Assembly (NCBI RefSeq): GCF_009914755.1
Contig: NC_060936.1
Length of the DNA stretch: 64,000 nucleotides
Reading direction: 5' to 3' (one strand)
From: the human T2T-CHM13v2.0 reference genome, Homo sapiens
Each line of letters begins with the position of its first letter. Position 1 is the first letter of the stretch. The notes beneath the pieces were generated by a model. It had not been told where the DNA came from. It did not search any database and saw only the letters and a list, made by a program, of their open reading frames with translations. Both the position numbers and the translations under genes were made by a program. Below are positions 55,809 to 64,000 of the stretch, one piece after another.

Positions 55809-57099
55809 CTCACCCACCTCTTCAAGGACCTTCTCCTCATTCTGCTCAGGTTCTGACACCTTCCACACCAGGTTTCCTCCCTACACACTGTGCCTGGAAT
55901 TTGGCTGCCCATAGTGGGCAATTACAGATGTCTACCTTACTCTGATGCACTTAATTGATTTAGAATAATATTGTTCAAATGGGAAGGAGAGAAGAATGAA
56001 GAGAACAGGATAAGAAAGAACAGGAAAATCCATTGACATTTCATGCTCAAGTTTTAATCACCAAAAATTGCCCCACCAGCAAGCATATGCCAGCAATTTC
56101 TGAAAGTCACTAAGGGTGAAAGCTATACGATAAGGGCTCTCCCACTGCAAGCCCAGGCTGCTGTCCCAGCTGCTTATAAGATTTGGGAGATACCTGCCCC
56201 TGCTGGCATTGGGAGAGGAATCAGCCCCCAAGGTGTCTTAGTCTAAAGCATGGTCCATCCCTCCTACAAGCTCCATCACACTTCTGAAACTAGGTGTGTT
56301 CATAAGAGAAGAAACATACAACATAGAGAATAATTGACAACCACTGCATAGGCCAGTCTCAACTCAAGTTCTCTTAAAGGATCTTCTCCCTGTCTCATTC
56401 CCTGCTATAATCACAGCACCTAATACAGTTTATATCTCTTCATGTCTCACAGTCTGGCCAAACTGAGACCAACCTCAGAGAGAGGGAATGTTTTATCCAG
56501 CCCTAGATTAAAATTTATCTCCTGGGGCTTCATTACACATGGTATGATTAATCACTGCTCAAGATGATCGATGGTGGGAATTTCCAATCCCTTCCCCAGA
56601 AGTATGGTCTAGAACTGTGGTCCAGGCAAGACAGCTTCACAGTAGCCCTTCATGTGTTTATACATCAAAGTCTGCATCAATGAATCTTAATTCAAACAAG
56701 AGTGGAGACACCAGTAGCAGATCATATTAGCTGTAGTTGTGCCAAAATTAACCAAATTTACTTCCAATCTTGCTTCATCAAAGATTCAAAAGTTTTAGCA
56801 TCAGATCTCACCCACTGTCACTTAGTTACCCAATAATCAAAATAATGACCCCTGATTATTGTCAATGACTCAAATGATCCTTTGTGTGATCTATTTCACA
56901 TAATCCTACTGTTGCTGTTGGAGGGTTATGTGAAATTGTTGAGAAGGAAGCCCCAGATGTCTAACCCTCTCTATCCTTGACATTCATGATCTTGCCACCA
57001 CTACACGTTCCACAGCTGGTAGAACTAATCTCACTATATCCATTATCTTGTTTATGTCGGTAATCATAAGAAGTCTCAGACTCACAACACATCCCTATG

Positions 57100-57900
57100 C
57101 ACGTTCCCTTTTATGACAACCTCTCTTACTTTGTCTCACTGGGTCTTCTGGAATTTACAGCCCAGAACTAACCAAATCCATCATATCCTCAACTTCCTCC
57201 TTCTCAAAAGATAAACTGGCCCTCCCCTAAGGACATTGCTTCCCCTGAATTCCTCTCAAGTGTGGCTGATTTTCTCTTCCGTCTTCTGGGCCCAGCACAC
57301 TGGTCTGCTGGTTCTTCTACCACTCCAGGAAAATCTCTTCAGAGCCTTTGCAAGGATATACCTTTTGCCTGGAATTCAAATAGCTACCTCTCTTACTTCT
57401 TAAAGCGCTTCCTCAAATGGCATCTCCTCAATAAGGCCACATATAATTACCCTTTTAAACCTCTAGCCCTCCCACTCCACCATACATAGGACTCCTAATT
57501 TCCCTGTCCTGCTCTCCTTTAACTATTTTTCCATGACACCAATCACCTTAGAGAATGCCATGCAATAGACTTACATATTATGTATTTTGTTCATTGTTTA
57601 TCTGTCCCTTGCTTAATTTCAAATTCCCCAGGGGCAGGGATCCTTGGCTGTTTTGCTTGAGTAAGGTATCTCAAGGTCTACAACAGCACCAGGCATGTAG
57701 TAGGTACTCCAGTAAATATTTCTTGAGTGAAAGAATCAATTCGTACCACAATATTATGAGGAACACACAATTATTTTTCTTTTTCAGACAATAAAGCTGA
57801 AACTTAGACAATATACATAATGTATTAAAGGTCACACTACTTGTAATGGAATAACTTGGATTCCAATCCAAGCCTTCTCCCTAGAGCTTACACCCACTAC
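57100..57900. mobile_element. L2 fragment followed by MIR
   Basis: L2 3' end taggtactccagtaaatatttcttgagtgaa; MIR-like aaggtcacactacttgtaatgg. Confidence 0.55.
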
Positions 57901-58296
57901 TCCACCCCCACTGGTGTTTGCCAGCATTGGATGAGGGAGAGGAAGATTCTGAAATGAAGGAGGAAATAGGAAGGTGGAGAAGGGGCTAGAAATAAATCTC
58001 TGTGTGCCAAGCTAAGCAGTTTAAACTACATTCCATAGCAGAACCTCTGAATTGAATAGTGACATAATTAAATCTGTATCTTAGAAAGATAATTCAAAGA
58101 GCTGCTAACTGGAAAAGCGAAAGCCAACAAAATGCTAGTGGAAAGAAATACCACATTTAATGGAACCAAATGCAACTCTAAAATTTCCACAGCTAAGAAG
58201 ACTCCCCTCCCTACTAATTCATTAATAGGTAGTTCTTTCACTCCAGGTCTCACTTAGAAAAAGTCCAACACAGCATAAGTAGTTGTGAACTTACAC

Positions 58297-58302
58297 TTTA
58301 TT
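58297..58302 (-). terminator. IFNG polyadenylation signal AATAAA
   Basis: tttatt on + strand, followed on - strand by the GU/U-rich element TTATGCTGTGTTGGACTTTTT (~58277-58257). Confidence 0.9.
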
Positions 58303-58383
58303 CATATATATTAGATATTGATAATTTTAACAAATGAGTTACTTTCCATTTGGGTACAGTCACAGTTGTCAACAATATTTGGA

Positions 58384-58390
58384 AGCACCA
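58384..58390 (-). promoter_or_regulatory. miR-29 7mer-m8 seed match (TGGTGCT)
   Basis: agcacca on + strand; miR-29 targeting of IFNG is established. Confidence 0.75.
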
Positions 58391-58698
58391 GGCATGAAAT
58401 CTCCTGAGATGCTATGTTTTCATCAGGGTCACCTGACACATTCAAGTTCTGTCTGACATGCCATTAAAGCACTGGCTCAGATTGCAGGCATATTTTCAAA
58501 CCGGCAGTAACTGGATAGTATCACTTCACTTATAAGTGTTCATTGTATCATCAAGTGAAATAAACACACAACCCATGGGATCTTGCTTAGGTTGGCTGCC
58601 TAGTTGGCCCCTGAGATAAAGCCTTGTAATCACATAGCCTTGCCTAATTAGTCAGAAAACAAAGGATTAAGTGAGACAGTCACAGGATATAGGAATTA

Positions 58699-58822
58699 TA
58701 AATAATACATATATTAATAGATATTCATTTTCATTACACAAAAGTTGCTATTATAAATACTTATTTGATTGATGAGTCTAAAAATATATTCCCCATATAA
58801 ATAATGTTAAATATTAATAAAT
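58699..58822 (-). promoter_or_regulatory. AU-rich element (ARE) in IFNG 3' UTR
   Basis: Five ATTTA pentamers on - strand (58699, 58754, 58798, 58808, 58818) in very AT-rich context. Confidence 0.85.
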
Positions 58823-58864
58823 AGATTTAGATTTAAAATTCAAATATTGCAGGCAGGACAACCA

Positions 58865-63127
<4,263 letters not shown>

Positions 63128-63253
63128 CGTTTCCGAGAGAATTAAGCCAAAGAAGTTGAAATCAGTAGTTCTTGTATCAAGCTGATCAGGTCCAAAGGAC
63201 TTAACTGATCTTTCTCTTCTAATAGCTGATCTTCAGATGATCAGAACAATGTG
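63128..63253 (-). other. IFNG: IFNG 5' UTR (TSS ~63253)
   Basis: Begins CACATTGTTCTGATCATCTGAAG on the minus strand, ~23 nt after the end of the TATA box; matches the recalled mRNA 5' end. Confidence 0.9.
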
Positions 63254-63275
63254 CTGCACCTCCTCTGGCTGCTGG

Positions 63276-63283
63276 TATTTATA
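63276..63283 (-). promoter_or_regulatory. IFNG TATA box (TATAAATA)
   Basis: tatttata on + strand, at about -30 to -23. Confidence 0.92.
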
Positions 63284-63301
63284 CCTAATTGAAGTCTCCT
63301 G

Positions 63302-63352
63302 AGGATTACGTATTTTCACAAGTTTTTTAAGATGAGATGGTGACAGATAGGC
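63302..63352 (-). promoter_or_regulatory. IFNG proximal (CRE/AP-1-like, methylation-sensitive CpG at 63309) and distal (GATA/AP-1-like) promoter elements
   Basis: Minus strand AAAACTTGTGAAAATACGTAATCCT containing TACGTA (63307-63312), and GCCTATCTGTCACCATCTCATC containing a GATA site at 63345-63350; both are recognised classical elements. Confidence 0.8.
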
Positions 63353-63437
63353 AGGGATGATAGTTTGTATTAATAACTAAGGTTTTGTGGCATTTGGGTG
63401 TTGTAGTTAGAGTTTCCTTTAGACTCCTTGGGTCCTT

Positions 63438-63529
63438 TGACGATGAGACAGACCCATTATGCCCACCTGTGCCATTCTGGTGGGATTCTTTGAAGGCACT
63501 TTTACTTCACACCATTCAAGGACTGGAAA
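63438..63529. promoter_or_regulatory. Upstream promoter motif cluster: CRE/AP-1-like, GAS/STAT, T-box half-site, NFAT
   Basis: TGACGATGA 63438, TTCTTTGAA 63486-63494, TCACACC 63507-63513, TGGAAA 63524-63529. Confidence 0.6.
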
Positions 63530-63796
63530 TTTTTTTGTACCTCCCCACTTCGCCCTGGTAAAATGTTGACTCTTCATTCACAAAGCACATTGATCATTTG
63601 CTTGTGGTTGGGAACAAGTGAAAAACGAAATTCTAGGGCCTCTCAAACCTTTACAAAGGGGCAGCCTTTTAAAATTTTTCTTGCAAATGACCAGAAAGCA
63701 AGGAAAGAATGCGGTTAAAAGAACAATTTGGTGAGGAAGTCCTTCATCAGAGTTGGTTAGTAAAATATCTACCACAAGTTTCAAATTGCTCTAGAT

Positions 63797-64000
63797 CAGC
63801 ACTGCCCAGTAGAAATACAATACAAGCCACACAGGTAAATTTAAATGATCTAGTAGCCTCATTAATAAAAGTTTTTTTAAAAGGTAAATATAATTTTAAA
63901 ATATATTGTATTTAAACCAATATATCCCAAATAGTACTTCAGTATGCATCAATATACTACATTGTTAATAAGGTATTTGACATTCTTTTTGTCATATTAA
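63797..64000 (+). mobile_element. MER33-like hAT-Charlie DNA transposon (runs off window)
   Basis: Starts CAGCACTGCCCAGTAGAAATACAATACAAGCCACA, resembling the MER33/MER3 terminus. Confidence 0.7.

Larger units (their letters stand above)
58280..58864 (-). other. IFNG: IFNG 3' UTR
   Basis: Runs from the stop codon to ~17 nt past AATAAA; cleavage position approximate. Confidence 0.9.

Overview
Human (or near-identical great-ape) genomic DNA containing the complete interferon-gamma gene IFNG on the minus strand at the right end. The TSS is ~63253, there are four exons, the CDS runs 63127->58865 (166 aa, matching the human protein as I recall it) and the polyA signal is at 58297-58302. About 0.75 kb of promoter and ~58 kb of 3' flank are included. 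The flank has no other credible protein-coding gene. It is mostly interspersed repeats: a full-length L1MA-type element nested in an older L1 (26.4-38.8 kb), a near-complete Tigger1, MER44, MER4, MLT1/MST LTRs, about ten Alus and many L2/MIR fragments. Repeat-poor islands carry RUNX/ETS/AP-1/STAT/NF-kB motif clusters at about +21, +40, +45, +53 and +58 kb, consistent with the known IFNG downstream regulatory landscape and IFNG-AS1 region. I found no new gene system. The most unusual directly visible features are template-switch scars (a 27-bp copy from 0.9 kb away, a ~140-bp copy inserted in an L2, a 16-bp forward-inverted-forward triplication, a hairpin-seeded 30-bp tandem repeat) and a perfect everted nuclear-receptor palindrome at +16 kb. 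Repeat subfamily names are from recall of consensus sequences, and the boundaries of old repeats are approximate.
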